Shown: positions 24,867-32,000, counted from the stretch's first letter. The stretch: 32,000 bases of DNA from PVC group bacterium (GCA_022560555.1 JADFSZ010000002.1:3843-35842); one strand, 5' to 3'. The notes: generated by a model not told the origin, from the letters alone. A program made the numbers and translations.

Positions 24867-26095
24867 TCTTCTAAGCCTCTTAGGGCCAAACCCAAGGCCA
24901 CATTGAAGGCCCCTCCTGTCGGAATCCCCATTTGCCCGGCCATCAAATCTCCCAAAGGATCGGCAAGTGTAACAGGAACGTTAAGACGCGAAGTTAAAAA
25001 GGGGACAAAACCCTTGAGAGACGAGGCCCCTCCACAGACAATAACGCGGTTATATTTCGTGATCTGCGACCGTGTGATCTGAAACGAAAAATGCTTAAAC
25101 GTATGTTCGATGTCTTGAACAAGATGTTCCAAATGAGAAAGAATCGCGTTCCGCACCTGAGTCGCATGATTTGTCATTTCCGGAGCCTGATCATCCAAAG
25201 TTTGATCCCCGGTACCGATGGAAATGCCATGCTCACGTTTTAAGAGTTCGGCCTCTTCCCAGCTGGTTTGACAGTATTGACTGATGGCTTTGGTTAAAAA
25301 GTTTCCCGTGATGTTTAAGCTCCTCACAGAAATCAGTTCTTTGTTGCTAATAATTCCAACCGTTGTTTGTCCCGCGCCAAAATCAAGGTAAAGCACAACT
25401 TCCTGCTCGTGAAGATAGCCATTACCATAGCTTAAAGCTGCCACATCCGAAAGAGCCTCGACATCAGTCGCGAGGGTTTCCAGGCCGACGGATTTCAAAA
25501 GGCCGAGTTGTTCGTGAACAACTTTTCTTTGGGTCACGATCACCAGGAATCCGACGTCATTGTCAAACAAATCCCGGCTTTGCTTCTCAAGAACAAGATA
25601 GTCATAGGTGATTTCATCGGGATTCCGGCGAAACTGTTGTTGGATTTCCCAGTACATGGCTTTGTCCACTTCCTGGGGTGGAATTCTGGGAAGTTTGATA
25701 AGATCCAGTTTGCAGGCTGAGATGGGCACATGTGTGAAACAAGCGTCTTTCAAATTTATGCTTTTGCTGATCTTTCTGAGGATTTCCGATATATAGATCG
25801 CTTTTTGGTCGGGATGCTCTCGCACGGACGAGGGAAAATCTTCAGTTAGGGCATGGATCACACGTATTCGTCCCTCGCTTTCAAGGCCTAGCTGAACAAT
25901 TTTGAGGGAATGTGTTCCTATATCGAGTCCGAAGGGATATCGTTTGCTGATCAGGATCTGAGGGCTCGGGATCTTTGGCTCTTCAACATTTTGACGCCCT
26001 TTTTGATCAAAGAGGCGGGACGCCTTTTTTTTGGACGGACGTGAAAAGACTGTTTGAACAATATCCGGATTATGAGATGGTTTCGATTCCGGCAC
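24863..26095 (-). CDS. PilM-like actin-fold assembly protein with an N-terminal extension
   Basis: The signature FGLDIGTHSLKIVQL and an ASKHA fold run throughout. The track start at 26167 is TTG. I prefer the GTG at 26095, preceded by GGAG at 7-nt spacing. Either start overlaps the 3-prime end of the ParA-like gene. Confidence 0.75.
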   Translation of the reverse strand: MPESKPSHNPDIVQTVFSRPSKKKASRLFDQKGRQNVEEPKIPSPQILISKRYPFGLDIGTHSLKIVQLGLESEGRIRVIHALTEDFPSSVREHPDQKAIYISEILRKISKSINLKDACFTHVPISACKLDLIKLPRIPPQEVDKAMYWEIQQQFRRNPDEITYDYLVLEKQSRDLFDNDVGFLVIVTQRKVVHEQLGLLKSVGLETLATDVEALSDVAALSYGNGYLHEQEVVLYLDFGAGQTTVGIISNKELISVRSLNITGNFLTKAISQYCQTSWEEAELLKREHGISIGTGDQTLDDQAPEMTNHATQVRNAILSHLEHLVQDIEHTFKHFSFQITRSQITKYNRVIVCGGASSLKGFVPFLTSRLNVPVTLADPLGDLMAGQMGIPTGGAFNVALGLALRGLEE

Positions 26096-27035
26096 CAAGG
26101 CTCTCCGATACGGGTAAGTGATTAACGTTTTGAGAACACTGAGGGTCTTTTGCAAGAGTGCGTTCAATGACCTCCTGGGTCAGGGCCCAATAATCTTTGG
26201 CCCCTTGGGATGTCCGGGCATATAGATGAATGGGCTTTTTATAAATCGGGGCTTCACAGAGTTTGACATTGTAATGAATAGGGGTCCGGAAAACCAAGTC
26301 CTTGAAGTAGTTTTGAATTTGATCTAACACGCGGTGGCTGACCTTGGTTCTTTTATCAAAGAGTGTCGCGAGGATCCCGAGAATCTTCACGTCAAAATTG
26401 AGCCGTTCTTTCACAATATCGATGGTGGAAAACAGCTCTTTCATCCCCTCTAAAGAATAATAATGCGTTTGGACGGGGATAATCACGTAATCGGCCGCGA
26501 CGATGGCATTCAGGGTCACGAGATTCAGACTCGGGGAGCAATCGATTAGTGTATATTGGTATTTTTTACGAAGGCGCAATTTGTGAATCGCGATCCTGAG
26601 GATGGATTCTCTTCCCAGGACTGTTGCCAGCTCTAATTGAGCATCGGCGAGAGAGACGTTGGCCGAAGCGATATCCAGATTTTTGACGGATGTTTTTTGA
26701 ATCACATCTTCAAGTCCCGCATTGTTGATCAGCACATCATACGTTGATTTTTCTGTCTGTTCGATGTCGACCCCGAGGCCAAGCGACGCGTGGGCCTGAG
26801 CATCAAGATCAATCAGGAGAACCCGGTATCCTTTCTCGGCCAGACAAGACGAGAGATTGATAGCCGTCGTTGTTTTGCTGCATCCTCCTTTTTGATTACA
26901 GATGGCGATGCAAATTTGTTGAGTTGTCGATATAGGGACATCATTTTTGGAATTCAATGAGGTGGGCTGGTTTTGGACACGTTCTTCTTTCAGGGCTTTA
27001 TCTCGCGAAAAACTATTTTTGAATTGATCAAACAT
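26070..27035 (-). CDS. ParA/MinD-family P-loop ATPase, first gene of the pilus/secretion operon
   Basis: 321 aa. The ATG at 27035 is preceded by AGAGGGGG. It has the deviant Walker A CNQKGGCSKTTTAINLS, plus LLIDLDAQA and YTLIDCSPSL. About 40 aa of unique N-terminal extension and about 25 aa of C-terminal tail are present. Confidence 0.85.
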   Translation of the reverse strand: MFDQFKNSFSRDKALKEERVQNQPTSLNSKNDVPISTTQQICIAICNQKGGCSKTTTAINLSSCLAEKGYRVLLIDLDAQAHASLGLGVDIEQTEKSTYDVLINNAGLEDVIQKTSVKNLDIASANVSLADAQLELATVLGRESILRIAIHKLRLRKKYQYTLIDCSPSLNLVTLNAIVAADYVIIPVQTHYYSLEGMKELFSTIDIVKERLNFDVKILGILATLFDKRTKVSHRVLDQIQNYFKDLVFRTPIHYNVKLCEAPIYKKPIHLYARTSQGAKDYWALTQEVIERTLAKDPQCSQNVNHLPVSESLGAGIETIS

Positions 27036-27137
27036 GTTGTTCCCCCTCTTTTACAGTAAACTTTCGGTTAAACAGGTTTTCCATTCGAACTTTATCTGCC
27101 AGATAATTGAAAATTCTTTAACGATGTTCATATGTGA

Positions 27138-27305
27138 CTCCCCATATCTGGAACCCAAAATATCTCGTGCCTGGATTTCGAGAAGCGCAGTTCCTCCCCA
27201 TCTCTGGAACCCAAAATATCTCGTGTCAGGATTTCGTAGATCGAAGAGCTACGAAATTCCTGACCTCCCGAACCAGCTACCCAATTACCTCGTGCATAAT
27301 TTTCG
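27138..27305. repeat. three direct repeats (two near-identical 43-mers plus one degenerate copy) in the operon leader
   Basis: R1 27138..27180 is ctccccatatctggaacccaaaatatctcgtgcctggatttcg. R2 27194..27236 is ctccccatctctggaacccaaaatatctcgtgtcaggatttcg, matching R1 at 40 of 43 positions by my count. R3 27265..27305 is ctcccgaaccagctacccaattacctcgtgcataattttcg and keeps the ctccc, acccaa, ctcgtg and tttcg blocks. Confidence 0.8.
27226..27263. other. long imperfect inverted repeat (14-bp stem, one bulge, 9-nt loop)
   Basis: tcaggatttcgtag - atcgaagag - ctacgaaattcctga. The left arm is the 3-prime end of repeat R2. Confidence 0.7.
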
Positions 27306-27378
27306 ATGAGCTTGACTCATCGGAAACTAAGGCCTTATCGGAAAGCCAGGCCTTGCTGGTATAGCTTACAGTAATTTA

Positions 27379-27407
27379 ATTTTAGTTTGCAAGCCTTTGC
27401 TTGTCAA
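27379..27407 (-). promoter_or_regulatory. candidate sigma-70 promoter for the ParA-PilM...CheY operon
   Basis: The minus strand reads TTGACA (27407..27402), a 17-nt spacer, then TAAAAT (27384..27379). It would give a leader of roughly 340 nt before the ATG at 27035. Confidence 0.45.
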
Positions 27408-27434
27408 CGTGAAATACCCACCATGTATCGGACA

Positions 27435-27806
27435 TTAGCTCCCGCCAACGTTTTTCACGGCGTCTAAAAGAGGTTCGTAATCCGATGTTTTAACACAATA
27501 GTCATTCGCGCCCATTTTCTTGGCCTTAACCGCGTCCACAGCATCGACAGCCCCTGTCATAATGATGATCTTGGGAGTGTCCGGACCAAAATGTTCCCGG
27601 ATTTGACGGCAGACCTCGAATCCGTCAATTCCGGGAAGCATGGTATCCGACACAACAATGTCGGGGTTCTCAACTTTAGCTTTTGCGACTCCCTCTTCTC
27701 CCGATTCCGCAAAAACAACGTCTTCATAGCCGGATTTCTTAAGATACCGTCCTATAATTTTACGGTCTTGGTCGTTATCTTCAATAACTAAAATCTTTGT
27801 GCTCAT
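27435..27806 (-). CDS. stand-alone response regulator (receiver domain only)
   Basis: The ATG at 27806 is preceded by GGAGGAGGG; the track start at 27833 is GTG. Sequence: MSTKILVIEDNDQD..DIVVSDTMLPGIDGFEV..KIIIMTGA..GANDYCVKT. Confidence 0.85.
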   Translation of the reverse strand: MSTKILVIEDNDQDRKIIGRYLKKSGYEDVVFAESGEEGVAKAKVENPDIVVSDTMLPGIDGFEVCRQIREHFGPDTPKIIIMTGAVDAVDAVKAKKMGANDYCVKTSDYEPLLDAVKNVGGS

Positions 27807-27833
27807 ATTTCCCTCCTCCCCTGCAGACCCCAC

Positions 27834-28310
27834 TTACAATGAATTTTCTCTATCAGGCAACTGGTTCATGACATTCCAATAATAATTAAATCCGTCCACA
27901 AACCGCACAAAAGCTTCATAACTCACAGGCTTGGGGATATATCCCGCCGCTCCGTAATTGTAGCTGTTATTAATATCATTGGCGTCTTTCGATGTTGTAA
28001 ACATAATAACGGGAATCATACTAACCTTAGGATCACTTTTCAGTGTTTTAAGCACTTGAATCCCGTCCATCTTCGGCATATTGATATCCAGCAAAATGAG
28101 ATCGGGGCGAGGGTACGCGGCCGGATCCGTGTACGGAGGCCGGTGATAGATAAAATCCAAAGCCGCTTGTCCGTCTTTGACAAAGGTAAATTGATTTTGA
28201 TACTTCGCTTTGGCAAACGCTCTCTGTGCTATTTTGATATCCGCCTCGGTATCTTCAACGAGCAGGATCTTGAGAGATTTGCCCCACTCCTCATGGTCTT
28301 CATGAATCAT
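27834..28310 (-). CDS. stand-alone response regulator (receiver domain only)
   Basis: 158 aa. The ATG is preceded by GGAAGGAG. Sequence: KILLVEDTEADIKIA..PDLILLDINMPKMDGIQVLK..IPVIMFTTS..GAAGYIPKPVSYEAF. There is no output domain. Confidence 0.85.
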   Translation of the reverse strand: MIHEDHEEWGKSLKILLVEDTEADIKIAQRAFAKAKYQNQFTFVKDGQAALDFIYHRPPYTDPAAYPRPDLILLDINMPKMDGIQVLKTLKSDPKVSMIPVIMFTTSKDANDINNSYNYGAAGYIPKPVSYEAFVRFVDGFNYYWNVMNQLPDRENSL

Positions 28311-28338
28311 ATGAACTCCTTCCTATCCGGGAATGATC

Positions 28339-30348
28339 TCACACTTCCTGGCTTTTCTGCTTGTCCAGTTCTTGGTTAAGAACATCTTGAGAAACAAATC
28401 CGTCTTCGACAAGGATTTCACCGATTTTCTTTTTCTCTTTCAGCTCTTTCGGGATCGTAAACACGAATGTCGCACCTTGGCCCACAACGGATTCAATCCA
28501 AATACGCCCGTGATGATCTTCGATCACTTTTTTGACTATTCCCAGGCCCGCTCCCGTTCCTTCGTATTCCGCGTTGGAGTGAAGGCGTTTAAACATCCCA
28601 AAAATTTGGTCATGGTATTTCGGATCAATGCCGATCCCATTGTCTTTAACAAAAAATTTATGGTTATCAGCTTCAGACACATATCCCACTTCCACGCGAG
28701 GGTGATCCGGATTGTCTTTGGATGAAAATTTGATCCCATTGTTGATCAAATTCAGGAAAACTTCCGTCATTTTGATACGATCACAGCAGACAACAGGAAT
28801 ATTTGGAGGAATCACCATCTCGACCTTGTGTTCTTTGATATCAAATTCTATACGCTTTAAAACAGCTTCTAATAGTTCATTGATATTAACGTCTTCAAAC
28901 GGATTTTGAATACGTGAAATGCGTGACAGCGCCAAAAGATCATCAATTAATTGGTTCATTCTGTTCACACCGCCGATGATTTCCTGGATATGATCCCGCC
29001 CCTCGTCATCCAGCTTGTCCCGGTAATCTTCTTCCAAAAACTTGGCAAACGAGGCAATTCCCCGTAAAGGAGCTCTCAAGTCATGGCTGGCGGTGTATGT
29101 AAAACTATCCAGCTCTTTATTAACTTTTTCCAGCATGCCTTTTTGACTTTCGAGTTCCGCCCTTTTTTGCTCAATATTTTTATTAGCCTCCACCAAATTG
29201 TCCGTCATCTGATTAAAAGCGAGCGCCAGTTCTCCGATTTCGTCCTGGCCATACACGGCGGCCCGTGCGGAAAGATTGCCTTCGGCAATGGACGCGGAGA
29301 CATCCGTTAGAGCGCGAATGGGACGCGATATCGTGCGGGCAATCACAATCGCGATAACAACAACGGCGCACATGAGAAGTATGCTGATGTTCATCAATTT
29401 CTTTCTGAGTTGATTGGCGGACGAAAAAACTTCTTTTGTGTCCATTTTAACAATGAGTCCCCATCGAAAACTAGGAATGTACCGGCTGACGAACAGAACT
29501 TCTTCTTGGCGATAATCCAGGGCTCGTCCAACATCTCTATTTGAAGTAGATCTTTTTTTGAGGCTGGAAGCCTCAAACGAATTTTTTTTGACCGAACGGA
29601 CAAAAGCGGCATTTTTATCAAATCGGAGCGGGGTCGCGAAAACCACGTTATCGCCTGAATGTGCCATGATCATCGTTCCGCCCGTGTTCCCCAGGCTGGA
29701 GTAATCTTTGACAAGTTCGCTTATGCCCGCGTTATTCATTTTGACAATCAAAACACCGATCAGCTCGGCGCCTTTCAAGATGGGCGCGGAAATAAAAAGG
29801 GCGGCCTTCTCGGTATTATAATCATATTCGAAATCCGAAATTTCTGTCTTGGATGATTCTTTTGCCCGGATAAAAACCTTCGTCAATTCGGATTCTTCAT
29901 AAAGCGCGATTTCGTAAATAGAGCTGATGGAAAGGCGTTCAACGGAAAATACAATTTCGCCGCGCGGACGGATCAGGTACAAATCTTCAAATTCCGATGT
30001 TTTTTTGTAGTACGTCAAAAAGGGGCGATACTCTTTCTTTATATCTTGGAAGGCTTCAGGATTCGCAACTTTATCTTCAAACGCCGCGCTCAACTCCTCC
30101 ATGGCTTCGATAATGTCCGACGTATGAGAGAGATTCGTAACGGCCCGCTCTTTTTCCCGCAGATAAAACTCAATTTGATTGGTTTTGTTATCAGCGACCG
30201 CGACCAAGCTATTGGTGACCTCAGTTTCAAGAACTTTTTTAGATGTGTTATAGCTGATGTTGATCGCAACAGCCATCGGCACAAGCGCGATGACCAAGAA
30301 AGACAATACAAACTTCGTCGTGATGGGGAGATTATTAAAAAAGGTCAT
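28339..30348 (-). CDS. membrane sensor histidine kinase (double-Cache-like periplasmic domain, HAMP, HisKA, HATPase_c) with a C-terminal MshEN-like tail
   Basis: 669 aa. Two TM helices flank a periplasmic domain of about 290 aa. HAMP is SRPIRALTDVSASIAEGNL..DEIGELALAFNQM, the H-box is SFTYTASHDLRAPLRGI, and N/G boxes are present. The last 38 aa are KELKEKKKIGEILVEDGFVSQDVLNQELDKQKSQEV. Confidence 0.9.
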   Translation of the reverse strand: MTFFNNLPITTKFVLSFLVIALVPMAVAINISYNTSKKVLETEVTNSLVAVADNKTNQIEFYLREKERAVTNLSHTSDIIEAMEELSAAFEDKVANPEAFQDIKKEYRPFLTYYKKTSEFEDLYLIRPRGEIVFSVERLSISSIYEIALYEESELTKVFIRAKESSKTEISDFEYDYNTEKAALFISAPILKGAELIGVLIVKMNNAGISELVKDYSSLGNTGGTMIMAHSGDNVVFATPLRFDKNAAFVRSVKKNSFEASSLKKRSTSNRDVGRALDYRQEEVLFVSRYIPSFRWGLIVKMDTKEVFSSANQLRKKLMNISILLMCAVVVIAIVIARTISRPIRALTDVSASIAEGNLSARAAVYGQDEIGELALAFNQMTDNLVEANKNIEQKRAELESQKGMLEKVNKELDSFTYTASHDLRAPLRGIASFAKFLEEDYRDKLDDEGRDHIQEIIGGVNRMNQLIDDLLALSRISRIQNPFEDVNINELLEAVLKRIEFDIKEHKVEMVIPPNIPVVCCDRIKMTEVFLNLINNGIKFSSKDNPDHPRVEVGYVSEADNHKFFVKDNGIGIDPKYHDQIFGMFKRLHSNAEYEGTGAGLGIVKKVIEDHHGRIWIESVVGQGATFVFTIPKELKEKKKIGEILVEDGFVSQDVLNQELDKQKSQEV

Positions 30349-31877
30349 AGTTTATTTTTTGCCTGCACTTTACACTGATCAATATGTTCAAAAAATTCTT
30401 CGACATCTATCACATCATCCGGATATGTCAGCCATTGAAATTCCAAATTAATATTTTGTATGCCATTTTCTTTTTCCTCTTGTTGTATCCAAGCCGATCT
30501 TAAACGTTTTTCAATTTTTACGGCTTGGTCTTTATCACAATATAAAAGGGCAATCACGATCTTGCCATGAAGCGTTATCACCGTATCCTTAACTTGTCTC
30601 AATGCGTAGTTAAGCGTGCTTTCAGCTTTCTTTAGGAGGTCCGTCTTTGTCAGGGTGGAAGCCGCCTCTTTTCCGCCAGGACCCTTCAAGGAGATAATGG
30701 TCAAGGAAACTTGAGTGCCTTTTTTCTGGGCATCTTCGATCGCTTGCGTCAATATTTCTTTGAGAAACGACTCCGGAGTGTATTTCGGCAGAGTAAAAAC
30801 AAATTGTGTTCCTTTGCCGTATTCGCTCTCGACCCAAATGCGTCCCTTATGAAGCTCAACAATGCCTTTGGCAATCGAAAGCCCCAACCCCGTTCCTTTT
30901 TCTCCGGCACCGTGTTTACGACCAAACTGCTGGAACTTGCTGAACACTTTTGTTAAATCTTCTTCGGTAATTCCCATTCCGGTATCACTGACTTGGCATT
31001 CAAATTCGTCGTCTTTTTCGAGCACAGAGATTTCAATAGAGCCTTCGTGTGTAAATTTGAGCGCGTTGTTAATCAAGTTCATAAAAACTTGGATTAATTT
31101 ATCATGATCGGAATAGATGCGGATCTCATGAGTTGGCAGAGTGGATTTCAGGGTTAATCCTTTTTTTTCCACCTTAAATTGAAGCGAAGTAATGATCTGA
31201 TGAATCAGGGATTTTAAATCAATGAGCTCACGTTTAAGTTCGATCTGGCCGGCTTCAATCTTGGAGATATCCAAGAGATTGTTAATAATCCGTGTCAGAC
31301 GGTCAACATCTTCTTTGCAAATATTCAAAAATTCGCGTTGATTTTCCGTTGTCGGTCCCAAAATCCCTTCGGCGATTTGCGAAACGGTTTCACGGATGGT
31401 GGTGAGAGGGGTCCGAAGCTCATGAGAAACCGTTGATATAAAGTCGGATTTCATTTGATCAAGTTTTTGCAGTTCTTTATTTTTTTTCTCCAGTTCTTTA
31501 TATAAAAGCTTAATGGCGTCATTTGTTTTTTTCATCCCCCATATCTGCAAATCAAGATCTTCTTTCGTCTGATGCAAATCCTGTAAAATCCGCCCCACAA
31601 ACCGCCCCAAGGCCAGTGAACTGTTTTGAGCCAACTGAGCATCTTGGATCCACTGATCGTCTTTTTGTTCCAATCCAACCATGAGATCAAAATTCAGGTT
31701 TTTGTCCCAATCATTTGTACCATGAAAGCAAGGGATTTTGAGGGCCTCGGATATTTCTTTGGACTCCGCCGATTGATCCGTATCCACGATGGCACAAAGC
31801 AAAGGATTTTCCTGTTTTTTTAGGAAATCGGCCATCTTTTTTAACGGTTTGCCGGATCCAACCAAAACAATATGCAT
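30345..31877 (-). CDS. cytoplasmic histidine kinase with an unknown N-terminal module and a C-terminal degenerate GGDEF-like domain
   Basis: The H-box is DFISTVSHELRTPLTTI, and HATPase_c carries DTGMGI and GTGLGLSIAKGIVELH. There is no TM segment. I prefer the ATG at 31877, preceded by AAGGAG; the track start at 31958 is TTG. There is a 4-nt ATGA overlap with the downstream kinase. Confidence 0.8.
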   Translation of the reverse strand: MHIVLVGSGKPLKKMADFLKKQENPLLCAIVDTDQSAESKEISEALKIPCFHGTNDWDKNLNFDLMVGLEQKDDQWIQDAQLAQNSSLALGRFVGRILQDLHQTKEDLDLQIWGMKKTNDAIKLLYKELEKKNKELQKLDQMKSDFISTVSHELRTPLTTIRETVSQIAEGILGPTTENQREFLNICKEDVDRLTRIINNLLDISKIEAGQIELKRELIDLKSLIHQIITSLQFKVEKKGLTLKSTLPTHEIRIYSDHDKLIQVFMNLINNALKFTHEGSIEISVLEKDDEFECQVSDTGMGITEEDLTKVFSKFQQFGRKHGAGEKGTGLGLSIAKGIVELHKGRIWVESEYGKGTQFVFTLPKYTPESFLKEILTQAIEDAQKKGTQVSLTIISLKGPGGKEAASTLTKTDLLKKAESTLNYALRQVKDTVITLHGKIVIALLYCDKDQAVKIEKRLRSAWIQQEEKENGIQNINLEFQWLTYPDDVIDVEEFFEHIDQCKVQAKNKL

Positions 31878-32000
31878 TTTTTCCGTGCTCCTTATATGAT
31901 TGCATGTTCCCAATGGCTCATGTCCTTTCATGCCGCGGGTTTCCCCTTGAACATCCAAGAGACAAACTGTCTCACTTTAATATAAATATATATAACAGAA

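Noticed and set aside
26070-27035. Reading the ParA-like gene as a chromosome or plasmid partition gene that marks a mobile element.
   Set aside because: No parB, replication, integrase or transposase gene is nearby. The gene is the SD-led first cistron of the pilus/secretion operon and overlaps pilM.
27148-27164. A sigma-54 promoter, suggested by TGGAAC inside the repeats.
   Set aside because: The motif is on the plus strand, opposite to all genes, and the expected GC element about 10 nt downstream is absent (sequence is ..aaaatatc).
27138-27305. A mini CRISPR array, suggested by the repeated 43-mers.
   Set aside because: There are only two good copies plus one degenerate copy. The spacers are 13 and 28 nt, too short and unequal. 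No cas genes are in the window.
27034-27364. Plus-strand ORFs 27034-27309 (91 aa) and 27134-27364 (76 aa) in the intergenic leader.
   Set aside because: Their apparent internal repetition simply translates the DNA direct repeats. There is no SD, no recognisable fold signal, and they are oriented against every other gene. The region is better explained as non-coding regulatory sequence.
1-32000. A phage-defence island, prophage or other mobile element.
   Set aside because: I recognised no nuclease/helicase/methylase defence-type gene sets, toxin-antitoxin pairs, integrases, transposases, tRNA attachment sites or flanking repeats. The accessory-looking content is a secretion/pilus and signalling locus.

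Overview
Almost all coding in this window is on the minus strand, and I found no rRNA, tRNA, CRISPR array, transposase or integrase. Positions 1-11.7 kb hold ordinary housekeeping and envelope genes: a truncated nitrilase-family hydrolase, an O-antigen-ligase/TPR protein, folC, accD, an MBL hydrolase, a LysM lipoprotein, comEA, a frameshifted carbamoyltransferase with an SxtJ-like partner, and purA. Positions 11.9-31.9 kb form one co-oriented accessory locus, which is the part worth attention. It starts with two tandem histidine kinases and two receiver-only response regulators. A roughly 400-nt structured, repeat-bearing leader follows. Then come 13 tightly coupled genes for an atypical type IV filament / type II secretion-like machine. 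In order these are a ParA-like ATPase, PilM, PilN, a PilO-PilP-like fusion, a secretin with a fused TPR tail, a GspF platform protein, a GspG-like pilin, a PilX_N-like protein and an MshE-like ATPase with tandem c-di-GMP-type MshEN motifs. The last four are a 1194-aa beta-helix/Ig-repeat exoprotein, two more pseudopilins (one about 420 aa) and a CheY. A copy of the 24-residue MshEN motif also sits at the extreme C-terminus of one kinase, and the other kinase ends in a degenerate GGDEF-like domain, which suggests c-di-GMP-centred control. All family calls come from motif recognition by eye; no database search was possible. Several ORF-track starts are TTG or GTG extensions, and I re-set them to downstream ATG codons that have Shine-Dalgarno (SD) sequences.
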